Assembly (NCBI RefSeq): GCF_004010195.1
Contig: NC_057750.1
Coordinates: forward strand, 12,605,899 to 12,669,898
DNA length: 64,000 nucleotides
Origin: Chiloscyllium plagiosum
Taxonomy: Eukaryota
Direction of reading: 5' to 3'
Shown here one piece after another: positions 1-12,915 of this stretch (its first letter is position 1; every line of letters starts with the position of its first letter). The translations under genes and the position numbers were made by a program. The notes under the pieces are model-generated. The model searched no databases. It was not told where the DNA came from and worked only from the letters and a program-made list of their open reading frames with translations.

Positions 1-458
1 TACGGTCTGTTCCCCGGGATGCACACCGAGACGAACATCAACTGTGCCTGGAGGATCATTAACTCGGTGAAGGACGCTCTCTGGGTGGTCCGAAACCTGC
101 TGATCTTCCAGCTGAAGGAGTTGACCCCGACTGAGTGTTGCAGACTGGCACATTCCATGGTCCAGGACTACGTGTTGAGGGACGCGCTGAAGCTTGGAGC
201 AGCTGTTGCAAAGGCTCAGTGGGGAAAGACCACTGTGTAAAGCCTGCCTGCCTAACGAAGAACAAGGGGCCCATGCAGTCATTTGGGCTATGCTGACACC
301 TCAGCTAATTATATGGGCATATGATGGAAAAATGTACAGACCTGTATAAAAATGATAAGTTTTGATCTCTGTATGTACATGATTACATATGTATGGCATG
401 ACCAACTGTACAGACCATCAAATTATTTTATGAATAAAGTATATTTTTGAAAAAAAAA
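1..458 (+). mobile_element. L1/Tx1-clade LINE 3' end
   Basis: ORF2 C-terminus (WRIINSVKDALWVVRNLLIF...AKAQWGKTTV*) to 240, then 3' UTR, AATAAA at 433 and poly(A) at 450-458. Confidence 0.75.
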
Positions 459-480
459 GTCCTTAAAGCCCAAACACCAC

Positions 481-790
481 ATAGAGTCATAGAGGTGTAC
501 AGCAGGTACAGACATAGAGCTGTACAGACCCTTTGGTCCAACCTGTCCATGCCAACCAGATATTCCAACCCAATCTAGTCCCACCTGCCAGCACCCGTCC
601 CATATCCCTCCAAACCCTTCCTATTCATATACCCATCCAAATGCCTCTTAAATGTTACAATTGTACTAGCCTTCACCACATCCTCTGGCAGCTCATTCCA
701 TATACGTACCACCCTCTGTGCCCCTTAGGTCTCTTTTATATCTTTCCCCTCTCACCCTAAACCTATGCCCTCAAGTTCTGGGCTCCTCGA
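481..790 (-). mobile_element. CR1 (HER1-like) LINE 3' end
   Basis: Begins with the reverse-strand tail atagagtcatagag; same family as 10396-11170 and 31921-32405. Confidence 0.85.
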
Positions 791-829
791 TCATTGTAGT
801 GTTTCCCTCCTTCTCTAACCAAAACAAAA

Positions 830-1590
830 AGTGGACGGGTAGGGAGATGTGCTATTACAAAATTTGTTGGTAGCAGAGTAAGAGAGACTTTGGAGAGCAG
901 CAGTGCAGCAAAAAGTACAGGTAAGCTCAAGTATAGTCGTTTTAACATTCCTTTTAGTTTTACTGCAGTTAACATGGCATTTAGAGTAGTCACATGTTGC
1001 TCCTGCCGGATGTGAGAACCCAGGAAGATTTCCATAATCCCTGATGACTATACCTGTGGGAGGTGCATCCAGCTGCAACTCCTGGGAGCTGGAGATGGAT
1101 GCAGTCAAGATTGTCTGAGATGTTGAGTGCTTCATAGAGAAGAGTTTAAGTGAGGTGGTCACATCTAAGGTACAGGGAAAGACTGGCTGGGTGACCACCA
1201 GGAAAGGCAAAGGGAGTAGGCAGAGACTGTAGGAATCCCATGTGACCATTCCCCTCATAAGCAAGTATACCATTTTGGACACAGTTGGGGGGATGACCAT
1301 TCAGGGGAAACCAGTAGTAGCCAGGTTGGTGGGACTACGACTGGCTCTGGGGCACAGCAGGAAAGGGTAAAGTTAAACAGGACTTTAGTGATAGGAGACT
1401 CGATATTTAGGAGGACAGATAGGAGATTCTGTGGCCATAAATGAGAATCCAGGATGGTGTGTTGCTTCCCAGGTGCTACGATCCAGGTGTCTCAGAGCAT
1501 CTGAGTGACTAGGTTAATTTAGGATATCTGGTCGGCTTGAATGAGTTGGTCCAAAGGGTCTATTTCTGTGCTGTACATCTCGATGACTCT
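830..1590 (+). mobile_element. CR1 ORF1 fragment joined directly to a CR1 3' tail
   Basis: ATG 974 MAFRVVTCCSCRM...YTCGRC zinc finger and esterase VIGDSIFRRTDRRFCG (~1389); CR1 tail at ~1505-1590. Confidence 0.75.
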
Positions 1591-1599
1591 GTTAACTCT

Positions 1600-3785
1600 G
1601 TTTGAGTTACAGGGTATTCCAATGGAAGTGAATACCCTTGCTGATCTGACTGAGATTGGGGAACACCACTTGAATGAAGGCAATTGTATAGCTTGACTCA
1701 GGACGTATCCTGAATAGACGGACTCCCAAGCCAGCCCATAGCAAAACCCCGGAACAAAGCTAAGCCCCAGCCAATGGCTAACATTTTCTTCAGGACAAGC
1801 CATTGTAGTTGCTGTTGCTAGTATACGGACTTGAGACAGCAACGGGGTTATTAAATGAGCCAAGGCCACCTTGCATGTTGACGTTCCACAGTTTTGCCAG
1901 GCATGTCCAGTGTCATTTGCCTTATGGGAAAAAGTTGAGGTAGAAATCAGAAGGCTGGAAAGCGAAGGAATCATCAAGCCAGTCCAGTTTGCAGAATGGG
2001 CAGCACCAGTCATACCGCTTGTGAAGCCCAGTGGATTGGTTTGCCTTTGTGGAGATTTTAAACAAATGATAAACCACGTTTTGCAGTTGGATAAGTGCCC
2101 AATCCCTTGTATAGACGGTTTATATCTAAAGTTGGCAGAGGGGCTGTCCTTCGCGAAGGTGGATATGAGCCATATGTACTTGAAATTCCATTTGAATGAG
2201 GATTCCCAGAAGTATGTTACAATCAATATCCACAAGGGTTTGTACCAATATAAAAGATTGTCATTTGGGGTATCTTCAGCCTGTGAAATTTCTCAGAGGA
2301 TGATGGAGAACATTTTACAAGTTTGCCATTTATCTAATTGACATGCTAGTAACAGAAAGACCAATGCAGAGCACTTAGAGAACTTGGACGTAGTCCTTCA
2401 CGGTGGGCGTATGACATGGAAGGGAAGAAAATGTGTTCCAGGCACCCCAAATGATCTACTTGGGCCACAAAATCAGCAAGGCTGGATTATACCTGTTGGA
2501 AGATAAAGTGAGGGCAGTCAAGGTGCCCTGGCTCCCACATCTGTACCTGAGCTTCGATCTTGGGCTGGTGAATTATTCTAGGAGGTTCATACATAACCTG
2601 GCCTCCATCCAGGCACCTTTGCATTAACTCTTAAAAAAGGATCAACCTTGGAAGTGGTTGTATAGTCAGGTCATAGCTTTCTGGGAAGCTTCCCTAAGTG
2701 AGATCTGATATTGACATATGATGCCTCCCCATATGCCATCGGGGTAGTATTAGATGATAGGTGGTCCAATAGAGAGGAATGCTGAATAGCTTATGCATTC
2801 AGGACTTTGACTAATGCACAGTGCAGATTGAAATCTTTTTGGACCCAGAGAGACCTGATCACAGTAGAGGATGGCACATTATTATGGGGAGCAAGAATGA
2901 TTGTCCTGAGCAAAGGTCACTGCCAGATACTGGCTGAACTCCGCCAGGATCATCCAGGGGTTTCCAGAATCAAGATGTTGGTGAGAAGTTATGTGTAGTG
3001 ACCAGGATTGGATGAGGACATAGCCTTGTTGGTGGGGCAGCGCCCAGAGTGTGAACAAGGACAAAGATTACTGCTAGCAGCTTACCCACATTTGTGGGAA
3101 TTGCTGAGTAAACCCTGGTTACACATCAATTATGCAGGTTCTTTTATCAGCTTGATGTTCTAAGCTATTGTGAATGCCCACTCAAAGTGGCTGGATATCC
3201 CTAGTGTTCATTCATCAAACATGGGGGCAAGGATAGTAAAACTGCGTGTATCTTTTGCAGTATATGGATTCCTGGAAGTGTTGTTCACAGATAATGAGCT
3301 ATAGTTTACCAACAGGAAAGTTGAGTATTTCCTAAAGTTGAATAGTATTCAACATATAAGGACAGCTCCATTCCATTCATATCCAATGGCCTGGCAGAAA
3401 GAGCAATACAAAGTTTGAAGGCAGGCTTAAAGAAACAGCCAATAGCTTCACTAGAACCAAACTGTCCCTGTTCCTATCTGATTGTAGGAGCACCCCTCAT
3501 GCAACTATAGGGATAGTCCATGGAGTTGCTAATGGGGAGAAGACTGCCCACCAGATTAAATCTAATATTCCCGTACCTGGTGGGGAGCAAGTGTAAAGCA
3601 GCATCAGGAACTTCAGTGCTGGACACAAGACTCTGCGAAGCAAGTGACAGTTAATTTCAGGGATGACATAGGAACCACGGGAACAAGGTCAGGTCCATGA
3701 AGTAAAAGTTTTAGTAGATGCAATGGCCCTGATCAGGCACATGGACCATATGAAAGCTGCAAACTGGCAAATGCGTTCAGAAGTA
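1600..3785 (+). mobile_element. Degenerate Gypsy (Mag/K02A2.6-like) pol fragment
   Basis: RT WAAPVIPLVKPSGLVCLCGDFK and integrase zinc-binding region LLWGARMIV...HPGVSRIKMLVRSY, with many stops and frameshifts; same family as 17638-21160. Confidence 0.88.
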
Positions 3786-4629
3786 AAATGTGCCCAGCTC
3801 CCTGACCTCAACAATGCCTTTAGATGGTTTTGTCTTGTCTGTCTCCCTGTGTCACAGGATACCATGTTGCAAGGCAACATCAGTAATTCTTCTTCTGTCC
3901 TTATTTCTAATGCACAAAACTGTTCAGCTGAAGCTGTAACCCTAATTAAAAATGCTGTATCAAGAAACATCAGGGACATCATTACCAATCGCAGAAGAAA
4001 TCTAAAATGAAACTAAACCCCTGTCTACTTTTAACACAGAGTTTATCATACAGGATATATCCATTATCCTTATGCCTGAAAACCATTTTGGACTCATTCT
4101 GGAAATAGACTTGAACAGACCTGTACATACACTGAGTTCAGTAAACTTTGGAAAAATACTTTGTTTGACCTGAAAGGTTCCTAAAGCGAAGTTCTCTTTT
4201 CCCCCCAAAGGGCTGAAGTCAGTGTGTCTACAGGTCTGTTTGGTTCCTTGAAATAAAACTTCACTTTTATGTCCATTTGGATTAAGCAAAATCAAACAGA
4301 CCCTAATAGATTATCATGAACCCAAAATAATATAAAAGTCCTTTATCCAAAAATCCATTGACCTTAGATTTTCAGGTAAAGGATTCTCAATCTGTACAAA
4401 TCAAATTTAAGAGTATCGAACAGATAGAAGGAGGTTGTGGTGGTTTTGGTAGTGTCCTTACCTTTGAGCAAGAAGGGCCAGTTTCGGATCCCACCTACTC
4501 AGGTACATACCAGGTTGATATGGAAATATATTCAAGAAATAGGGGTATGAAATATCCACAACTCTGGTTTAGACTCGTAAAGATTCAGGATCCTTTCAGT
4601 GAAGACGTTTCTCCTAATTTCAGTCCCAA

Positions 4630-5370
4630 ATAATCAACCTCTTATCCTGACACGATACCTTTGTGTTTTGGATTCTTCAACAAATGGAAACAATCACCTA
4701 CTGTGTATCCTAGCAAGCCTCTCCAGAATTACATGATTCAATGGGATTACTTCTCATTCTTCTAAATCACAGAGAATATACTCAATTTAAGCTTTCTTCA
4801 TCAAACTACCTTCTTATCTCAAGGACCAATTTAATTAACTTTTGTTGTGCTACATTCAGTGCAACTATATGCTTCCTTAAATATGGAGACCAAAATTGCA
4901 CAAAGAATTCCAGGTATGGCCTCACCAAAGCTCTGGATAATTGTAGCAAGAATTTTTAAAGTTCCTATATTCTAATCCCTTTACAATAAAGATTAAGCTA
5001 TTTGTCTTCCTAATTGTTTGCTGTACCAGCATGGTAACTTTAAATTCTTTGTAAGAATACACCAAAGTCTCAGCACAATATCGGTATTTAAAAGGTCCTT
5101 TTTTTTAAACCAATCTGCTTCTCTATTCTTAATCAAAGTGAATAACCTTAGACATCTCTACATTATAATAAATCTGCCATTATGTTGCCCACTCACTCAG
5201 TCTATCTAACAGCGACTTTTTATCCTTCTCACAGTATACATTCCCATCTAGCTTGTATTGCCAGCAAATTATATTACTCTATCTATTTTTGACAAAGTAA
5301 TTAATATATCATAAATAAATGAAGCCCAGCTCTAATCCCTGTGACATTCCCATAAACACAGCCCATAAAC
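4630..5370 (-). mobile_element. Old CR1 ORF2 fragment
   Basis: Reverse-strand similarity to the CR1 RT C-terminus (e.g. cttccttaaatatggagaccaaaattgcac = CVQFWSPYLRK-like). Confidence 0.7.
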
Positions 5371-5389
5371 TTGAGGAAACTCCATTTTT

Positions 5390-5826
5390 TAATTCATTCA
5401 TGGGATGTGTGTGCTGCTGGATACACCAGATCATTTCCGATTTCTAGTTTCCATTGAGAAACTGGTGGCCTTTTTAAATCATTTCAGTCAACTTACTGTA
5501 AATAGACCCACAGCACCGTTGGGAGGGAAATCCAAGATCTTCTCCTCGCAGCATTTAAGAAATTGCAATGTATTTTCAAGTCAGGATGATATGCGGCTTG
5601 GAGGAAAATTTGCATTGATTCCCATGCAACTACTATCTTTGACCTTCTAGATGACAGTGCTTGTAGTTTTAGAAGGTGCTGTGTAAGAAGCCTTGGAGAA
5701 CTTCTGCAAGGCATCTTGTAGATAGTACACACTTCTGCCACTGGACATCAGTGGTGGAGGGAGTGGATATTTGTGGATGTGGTGTCAATCAAGTCAGCTG
5801 CTTTGTCCAGAATAGGGTGCTGAGTT
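5390..5826 (-). mobile_element. L2/CR1-group LINE 3' end
   Basis: Reverse complement of the 3' part of the 39240-41015 element (AEVCTIYKMPC, cf. CTIYKMHC). Confidence 0.75.
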
Positions 5827-5846
5827 TGATGGTCACTCATAATCAG

Positions 5847-6803
5847 ATTGACACTTAAATTAGTGGAGTAACAGATAGTGAAGGGGACTGTCAGAGAATA
5901 CAGCAAAATATAGATAGATTGGGAGAGTTGGGCAGAGAAATGGCAGATGGAGTTCAATCCAGACAAATGCAAGATGATGCACTTTGGAAGATGGAATTCC
6001 AGAGCGAACTATACAGTAAATGGAAAAATCCTGGGGAAAATTGATGTACAGAGAGATCTGGGTGTTCAGGTCCATTGTTCCCTGAAGGTGTCAATGCAGG
6101 TCAGTAGAGTGGTCAAGAAGGCATATGGTATGCTTTCCTTCATCGAACGAGGTATTGAGTACAAGATTTGGCAGGTCATGTTACAGTTGTATAAGACTTT
6201 GGTTCAGTCACATTTGGAATACTGCGTACAGTTCTGGTCGCCACATTATCGAAAGGGTGTGGACGCTTTGGAGAGGGTGCAGAGGAGGTTCATGAGGATG
6301 TTGCCTGGTATGGAGGGTGCTAGCTATGAGGAAAGGTTGAGTAAACTAGGATTATTTTCATTGGAAAGAAGGAGGTTGAGGGGGGACCTGATTGAGACCT
6401 ACAAAATCATGAGATGTGTCGACAGAATGGATAGCAAGAAACTTTTTTCTCGAGTGGAGGACTCAATTACAAGGGGACACAAGTTCAAAGTGAGAGGGAA
6501 AAAGTTTAGGGGAGATATACGTGGAAAGTTCTTTGTGCAGAGAGTGGTGGGTGCCTGAATGTGCTGACAACGGAGGTGGTAGGAGCGGGAACGATAGCGT
6601 CATTTAAGATGACAGTTACATGAATGGGCAGGGAATAAAGGGATACAGATCCTGAGAAAATAGGCAGCAAATTTAGATAGAGGATATGGATCAGGGCAGG
6701 TTTGGAGGGCGGAAGGGCCTGTTCCTGTGCTGTAATGTCCTTTGAATGATGAAACAGGCTTAAAGGGCTGATTGGCCTACTGCCTGCTTCTATTTTCTAC
6801 GTT
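5847..6803 (+). mobile_element. CR1 LINE, 5'-truncated, with intact ORF2 C-terminus
   Basis: ORF 5947-6558 MEFNPDKCK...LEYCVQFWSPHY...LERRRLRGDLIETYKI...TRGHKFK, then 3' UTR. Confidence 0.92.
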
Positions 6804-7295
6804 TGTAAAATCAAAGTCTTTCCTAATAGTAAAGTCCTCTATCAGGTCAACACTGAACCTTTCTTCAGGGAAAGGAAATGCAGTTTATTCAACCTTACTT
6901 GCTTTTGCTAGTACATATTTTTACTTTAGTATTTGATACTATTCAAATATTATCACTGATTCATTTAAAAAGCAAACAAAATAAAACATTAGTATTTTGA
7001 AAGACCATATTTGACATAGCCAGAACATTTACACTTATGACTAATATTATTTTAATTTAGAGAAAAAGTGTTAAAAGAAAGATCTGATTTTCAACCTCAA
7101 GGAGCTCACTTAAAAAAAAAGATGAGGCTTTGTTAAAAGAGTTTCTCTTTAGCCTCCTGTTCTTCTATCATTGAAATTGAGTGAGTTACAATGAGTGCCA
7201 TCGTCTTACCACATGTATATTATCATTCTGTGGAATAAAAAAATGTTTTATCTGTCCTAGTTATTTTGTTATATTCAATTTTGGGTTTTTTGCAG

Positions 7296-7359
7296 CATTT
7301 TACCCCTTTTTTTTGATTCAAGACATGGTGACTGGAAAATCTGACCGGTTTTGGGGCAA
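7296..7359 (+). CDS. CATSPERG: CatSper gamma coding exon (first in window; upstream exons lie outside the window)
   Basis: Acceptor ttttttgcag| and donor caa|gtaagt. Phase-1 translation [20 protein letters not shown](K) resembles the mammalian CATSPERG segment [20 protein letters not shown] as recalled from memory. Confidence 0.92.
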
Positions 7360-7454
7360 GTAAGTGAAAAACAAATATCCTTCATTTTAAGCACATTCAA
7401 ATGGTTATCTTTATTTGTCTCCATAATTAACCCATTTGTGGTTTAATTCCCTAG

Positions 7455-7553
7455 GTATACATTTAAAGTTATCGGAGGTGGACCATATACAGAAAGTAAT
7501 ATCAGAATGTTCAGTGAAGAAGAAATTTTAATGTATAACTCATTGAATTACAG
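7455..7553 (+). CDS. CATSPERG: CatSper gamma coding exon (99 nt, phase 2-2)
   Basis: Follows a 95-nt GT-AG intron (7360-7454). Encodes YTFKVIGGGPYTESNIRMFSEEEILMYNSLNY(S), cf. mammalian [28 protein letters not shown]. Donor cag|gtatta. Confidence 0.92.
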
Positions 7554-8689
7554 GTATTACATAAGTGATATGCGCAGGAGTTCCTAATATGTAATATTGA
7601 ATATCTTAGCATGTATTATGTACATTGTGTAGATCATCCTGTATAATTGTGAAACTAAAAAGACATCTTGAACTACTCTCTTACCATTTGAAGACTGTAA
7701 GGCATAAGAGCAAGGGTAAACCATTCTCCATCTTGAGCCTGCTCTGACGTAAAGTAAAATTATGATTGATCTAATTTTGGCATTAGTTCCACTTTGCTGC
7801 ATGCCACTCCATAACCCTTAACTTTGTTGACTATGAGTGAAGCAGACAAGGGTACCAAAAGGCCACACCGGAGGAGCCGCAACCTTGCAGTTGTCCAACA
7901 GTTTCCAGCTCTGTGCATCTTGTGTAGACCAAAGCAAGGGCTAAAGGGAAAATAAGTGTTGACCAAGACACTGGTGCAGCAACCATCAAGTGAGGGTAGG
8001 TGAAAGGTATGTAATTGTAGTCGGAAAGTACAGTTTAAATGAGACTAGAAATGCACAAAGGTCAGGCACGTTCTATTGTGTTGTAATCCTTGAGTACTGC
8101 CTCAAAAAATGGCCAGAATATTTTTTTGCTCAATCCTATTCTGAAGACGTACCAGTGTTGTGGATAAGTTGCTGATTTATGATGATAGATTTGGTCAGAA
8201 GGTATGGAGGCTAAATTATTGTATGTCTTTACAACAGAGACAGATAGGTTCTTGATTAGTAAGCAAACAAATGCTGTGGGGAGAAGGCCAGAGCTCTCAA
8301 ACGTATTACGAGAGGCGATTTCCAATTGTATCATTTGTGCAGAAATAATGAGAACCACTGATGGTACCTTCACTTCTATCTAGACCTTGGAAACATCTTG
8401 CAATGATCTTTTTGAGCCTCAGAAGTAAGATATTTTTGACGGTGGTTGACTATTATTCAAGGTGAATAGTGGTAAGATGTGTACATGTTCATTATTTTGA
8501 AGCTGTCATTACTTTGTTCAAAGTAATGCACACAGAATTCTAGATTTTGATTGAAAAGAGAGTCAAGGATTTATGGGGAGACAGAAAAGTTGACTTAAAA
8601 CCATAATCAGATCAACCATTATGTAAGTTAATGGTGCAGTAAGCTCAAAGGGCCAAATATCTTTACTTATATTCTTGCATTTCAAAAAA

Positions 8690-9410
8690 TAGTGAACTCA
8701 GCTTTGAATATGTTAAATAATCCAGGCTTCATTGTATGCTGACGAAGAGAATTCCAAAACCTAAGGACCATTTCAGGAAATATTTTCTCTTCCTCTCTGT
8801 CTTCAGTGGGAGATACTTAGTTTTATACTATTCACCTAGTTCTAGATTTCTCTAGAAGGGGGAACATCATCTTAGGATCCACTCTGCCAAGCTCTCTCAG
8901 ACTCTTGCATGTTTCAATAAGATTACTCTCATTCTTGTAAAGTTTAGTGTATACAGGCAAAATTGCGAAGTCTGTCCTCATAACTCCACCCTTTCAACCC
9001 AGTAATCAAGGAAATGAGACTTCTCTGAACTGTTTCCAGTATCAATATATCCCTCCTTATGCAAGAAGACCAAAATAGTACACAGTATGTTTGGTCTCAC
9101 TTATGCCTGTACAATTGCAGCAAGACTTTCCTAATTTAATATTGTATCTTCCTTGCAATAAAGGCAAACATTCCATTTACCTACATACTTGCATACTGTA
9201 TTGACAATCTAACTTTCTGTGATTCACATACAAGGACACCCAGATTCCTCTGTATTGTAGCGTTTGTAGTCTCTATCTCCATAAATAATATCATTCTTTT
9301 CTGTTCTTCCTGCCAAAGTGGACAAACTCATATTTCCCAATATTGTGCTTTATCTGCCAAATATTTGCTCACTTACTTAACCTGTATATTCTCCTTTACA
9401 GACTCTTTGG
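8690..9410 (-). mobile_element. Old CR1 ORF2 fragment
   Basis: Degenerate reverse-strand match to the CR1 RT C-terminus; further small CR1 pieces at ~7686-7832 (-), ~8180-8290 (+) and ~8530-8680 (+). Confidence 0.65.
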
Positions 9411-9655
9411 GTAGAATTTTCTGAGCCATTGAACAATATGAATGGCAATGGCAAGAAAGTTGAGGAAATATGGCATGAATGAAAAGAAAATGTTGCTCAT
9501 CTAATTATGTATTGCGCCACTATGGAAGTACTCACCATTGCCATGTTTAATCCCCAACTGTGCTTCACTAATCTGGAGAAAATGTCATCAAGAACAATAG
9601 TCTTTGGGCTCCTGTACTATCTTTAAATCCTGAGGGGATCTTCAGCTATGACCTT

Positions 9656-9830
9656 TTCATTCATTCACAGGATGTATGCATAATTAGCTAGAATAGCATT
9701 TATTGCCCATCCCTAATTGTCCAGAGGGCAATCAAGAGTTAACTGCATTGCCGTGGGTCTGGAATCACATGTGGGCTAGACTGGGTAAATACGGTCATTT
9801 CTTTTCCTAAAGAACAGTAGGAAGCAGCTG
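9656..9830 (-). mobile_element. SINE-like repeat sharing the 3' tail of the L2/CR1-group LINE
   Basis: gcatttattgcccatccctaattg is the reverse complement of the 40970-40990 tail; the adjoining body is not LINE sequence. Confidence 0.5.
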
Positions 9831-10395
9831 CTGGGAATTAGTGTTAGTCCTGGGTTTGTTGGTGTATCAGTTTCTTCTCAATTTGTTTACACCTTGGTTG
9901 CGCCATGGCCATAGTGACAGTATCTTTTCCAGTGGCTTTTTGCTTTCTTGATGGTGCAAATCTCATCATATTTACCAACTTGACTATTGCTCAAGTTGTT
10001 TAGTGGCTATTCAACCTTATGATGCTCAGTGTTGAGAATAAAAAGAGATTAATTTTGCACATAATGTTTGAAAGACAAGATGAAAATCTGACTAGTGAAT
10101 GGCAAGAGGCCTATTTTCATGAATTTACAGGGATGTTACAGTTTGCAAAATGTCCAGGAACTGCTTATGTCACAACTTGGGGAACAAAATGTCAATACCA
10201 TTGTTTAAAATGCAAGCTGCCTTTCTTGGGTGACGTGAGGGGTGGGGGAAGTAGTTCTCATTGTTCGTACCACACTTAAAATCTCCTGTTACATGTGTGC
10301 CAAACTGCTTGTACAGCACATATCTGAATCAAGTTCATGATGACAAAGGTCCATATAAAATCATCCCATTGCATTCCTTGTCAGAGGTCTCCATA

Positions 10396-11170
10396 TAGTG
10401 TCATAGAGCTGTACAGCATGGAAACAGACCTTTCAACTCATCCATGCTGATGTGATATCCTAAATTAATCTAATCCCATTTGCCATCACTTGGCCCCTAT
10501 CTCTTAAACTTTTCCTATTCATATACCTGTCCAGGTGCCTTTAAATGTTGTAGTTGTACCAGCCTCCACCACTTTCTCTGGCAGCTCATTCCGTACACAC
10601 ACCGCTGTGTGTGTGAAAACGTTGCCCCTTAAATCCGTTTTAAATCTATCCCCTCTCACCTTAAACTTATGCCTCCTAGTTTTGGATTCCCCACCCCGGG
10701 GAAAAGACCTTGGCTATTCACCTTATGTATGCCCTCATGATTTTATAAACTTCTATAAGGTAACCCCTCACCCTCTGATGCTGCAAGGAAAATATTCCCA
10801 GCCTATTCAGCCTCTCCCTATAGCTCAAACCCTCCATCCCTGGCAACATTCTTGTAAATCTTTCAAGTTTCACGAGATCCTTCCTATAGCAAAGGGACCA
10901 GAATTGAATGCAGTATTCCAAAAGTAGCCTAACTAATGAGCTGTACTGCTGTAACATGACCTCCCAACTCCTATACTCAATGTATTGACCAATAAATCCT
11001 GAAGAAGGGCTAATGCCCGAAACGTCGATTCTCCTGTTCCCTGGATGCTGCCTGACCTGCTGTGCTTTTCCAGCAACACATTTTCAGCTCTGATCTCCAG
11101 CATCTGCAGACCTCACTTTCTCCTCAAAGCATACCAAATGCTTTCTTCACTATTCTGTCCACCTGCGACT
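10396..11170 (-). mobile_element. CR1 (HER1-like) LINE 3' portion, interrupted by a PLE terminus
   Basis: Minus ORF 10718-10957 LEYCIQFWS...RLNRLGIFSL; tail at 10396. Confidence 0.88.
10997..11125 (+). mobile_element. Penelope-like element terminus with minimal hammerhead motif
   Basis: CTGAAGA-A-GGGC-TAAT-GCCC-GAAA-CGTC followed by the common PLE terminal repeat and tail. Confidence 0.8.
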
Positions 11171-11759
11171 GTATTTCATCCTAATGTGGAGTTTGCAGCA
11201 AAAGATGGACTCATGAAATGGTGAGAGTATAGTCATTCCTCTTTCATTCAATGTCCTCCTGATGAGAAATTGCATTGCAAAGTTAGGGCTCAGAACAGTA
11301 TGTCATTGTATATGTATGAAATGCAATTTCTTCTTCCACTGTGGCCAATGAGAGCCATAGATGTGTCCTCAACATGGGTTTCCCATGCTTTCTTAGGTCT
11401 GATTTTCATTGCCGCACAGTATAAACAGAGGGAGCCATGCAATCCTTGCATGCTTTGCTCTGGGCAGTTGGATCACCCAATGCAGGTATGTGATGGATGA
11501 AGAGGATCTGTGAGAGCCACACTATTGTATCAAGTAGGGAGAGGAGAATGTTTATCAGAAAGAACATCCTACATTGCAGCATCATCAACTGCAGTAACCA
11601 AAGCCGGATTTGTTTGCCAACTACTTTCAATGGAACTGAGTTGGGTGAAGTTGTTAATTCACTTGTCATCAAAAATTCTTTATCCACGCTAATATATCAC
11701 CTCCAACACCATTAGGTATTATTTTATGTAGTAATCATCAATTTGCCTTTTAGAAATTC

Positions 11760-12230
11760 AAAATAATCTACATCTATTTGTTTCCCTTAATCCGGCTAGC
11801 TTGTTACATCCTTAAAAAAATAACCTTTCCAAACAGGATTTCCCTTCACTAAACTATATTAGCTCATTTTGATTGTGTCATGATTTTCTCGCTGCTTTGC
11901 CAGTACCTCCTTAGTAATGGATTTCAACCATTATAGATGTTCAACTAACTGGTCCAGTTTCCTACTTTTGGTCTGCTTTTCTTGAAGTTGAGCTGTTACA
12001 TTTGCCATTTTTCAATCTACTAGGATCTTACAAGAATCTAAGGAATTTTGGAAAATTACAACCAAGGCATCTATTATCTCTGCAGCTACTCCCATTTAAG
12101 ACATTATGATGCAGGGGATTTGTCAGCCTTAGTCCTATTAGGTTTTCAAATGCATTTTTTAGCAATTATAATCATTTTAATAATTTCCATCTTCCCTTTT
12201 GCTATTTGATTTTTGGAAGTATTCTGCTGA
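11760..12230 (-). mobile_element. Old CR1 ORF2 fragment
   Basis: Degenerate reverse-strand RT N-terminal region (ggaattttggaaaat, ccagtttccta). Confidence 0.55.
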
Positions 12231-12308
12231 AAACCTAGAAAACTGCTGTTATTATGCATGCTGAGAGTGGCAGATATCTAAATGGTAATAACTTACAATT
12301 TTTGACAG

Positions 12309-12413
12309 TTCTGAATATGCAGCAATCTGGGACATTGTAAATGCCAAATCAAGTGAAATAATGTCCACAGAAGATGGTTATCGTATTTTCAGTGGTGATA
12401 GCTTTGGAATTCA
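12309..12413 (+). CDS. CATSPERG: CatSper gamma coding exon (105 nt, phase 2-2)
   Basis: Acceptor tttttgacag|, donor tca|gtaagt. Encodes SEYAAIWDIVNAKSSEIMSTEDGYRIFSGDSFGI(Q), in frame with both neighbours and matching the IW...GI segment. Confidence 0.88.
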
Positions 12414-12654
12414 GTAAGTACTGATATCTAAACTGACTGTCTTCAGCTGATGTAGATCAATATTTTCCAATATTTTACAGATACGCCATTTTCTTCTTCC
12501 ATAAGTAGTCAGTTTAAATAATCCTAGTCACGTTGAATGTATGGGTTACCATACTTGGCTGCGCAGCTATTTATGATGTAGAGTGATGCCAGTAGCATCG
12601 GTTCATCTCTCACAGGAGCTGAGGTTACCATGAAAAACTCTCTTCCTCAAGCTC

Positions 12655-12913
12655 TGGGGATGACACTAAGGTCAGTGAAGTGTGGATAGTGCTGAAGGAT
12701 GTTGCAGGTTTCAGAGGGACATAGATAAACTGCAGAGCTGGGCTGAGAGGTGGCAAATGGAGTTTAATACGGAAAAGTCTGAGGTGATTCACTTTGGAAG
12801 GACCAACAGGAATAAAGTGTACTAGGCTAATGGTAAGATTCTTGGTAGTGTAGATGAGCAGAGGGGTCTCAGTGTCCCTGTACATAGATCCCTGAAAGTT
12901 GCTACCAAGGTTA
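12655..12913 (+). mobile_element. CR1 RT fragment
   Basis: DDTKVS...WAERWQMEFN...VIHFGRTN, collinear with 5847-6100. Confidence 0.8.
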
Positions 12914-12915
12914 AT

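Noticed and set aside
1519..2235. 238-aa minus-strand ORF
   Set aside because: Antisense shadow of the Gypsy pol.
3850..4633. ORFs in seemingly unique sequence, checked as upstream CATSPERG exons
   Set aside because: No match to the expected upstream CATSPERG motifs; 4430-4560 looks like a decayed SINE head.
11170..11750. Cluster of short overlapping ORFs
   Set aside because: No recognisable product or phase-compatible splice sites; the CATSPERG chain is complete without them.
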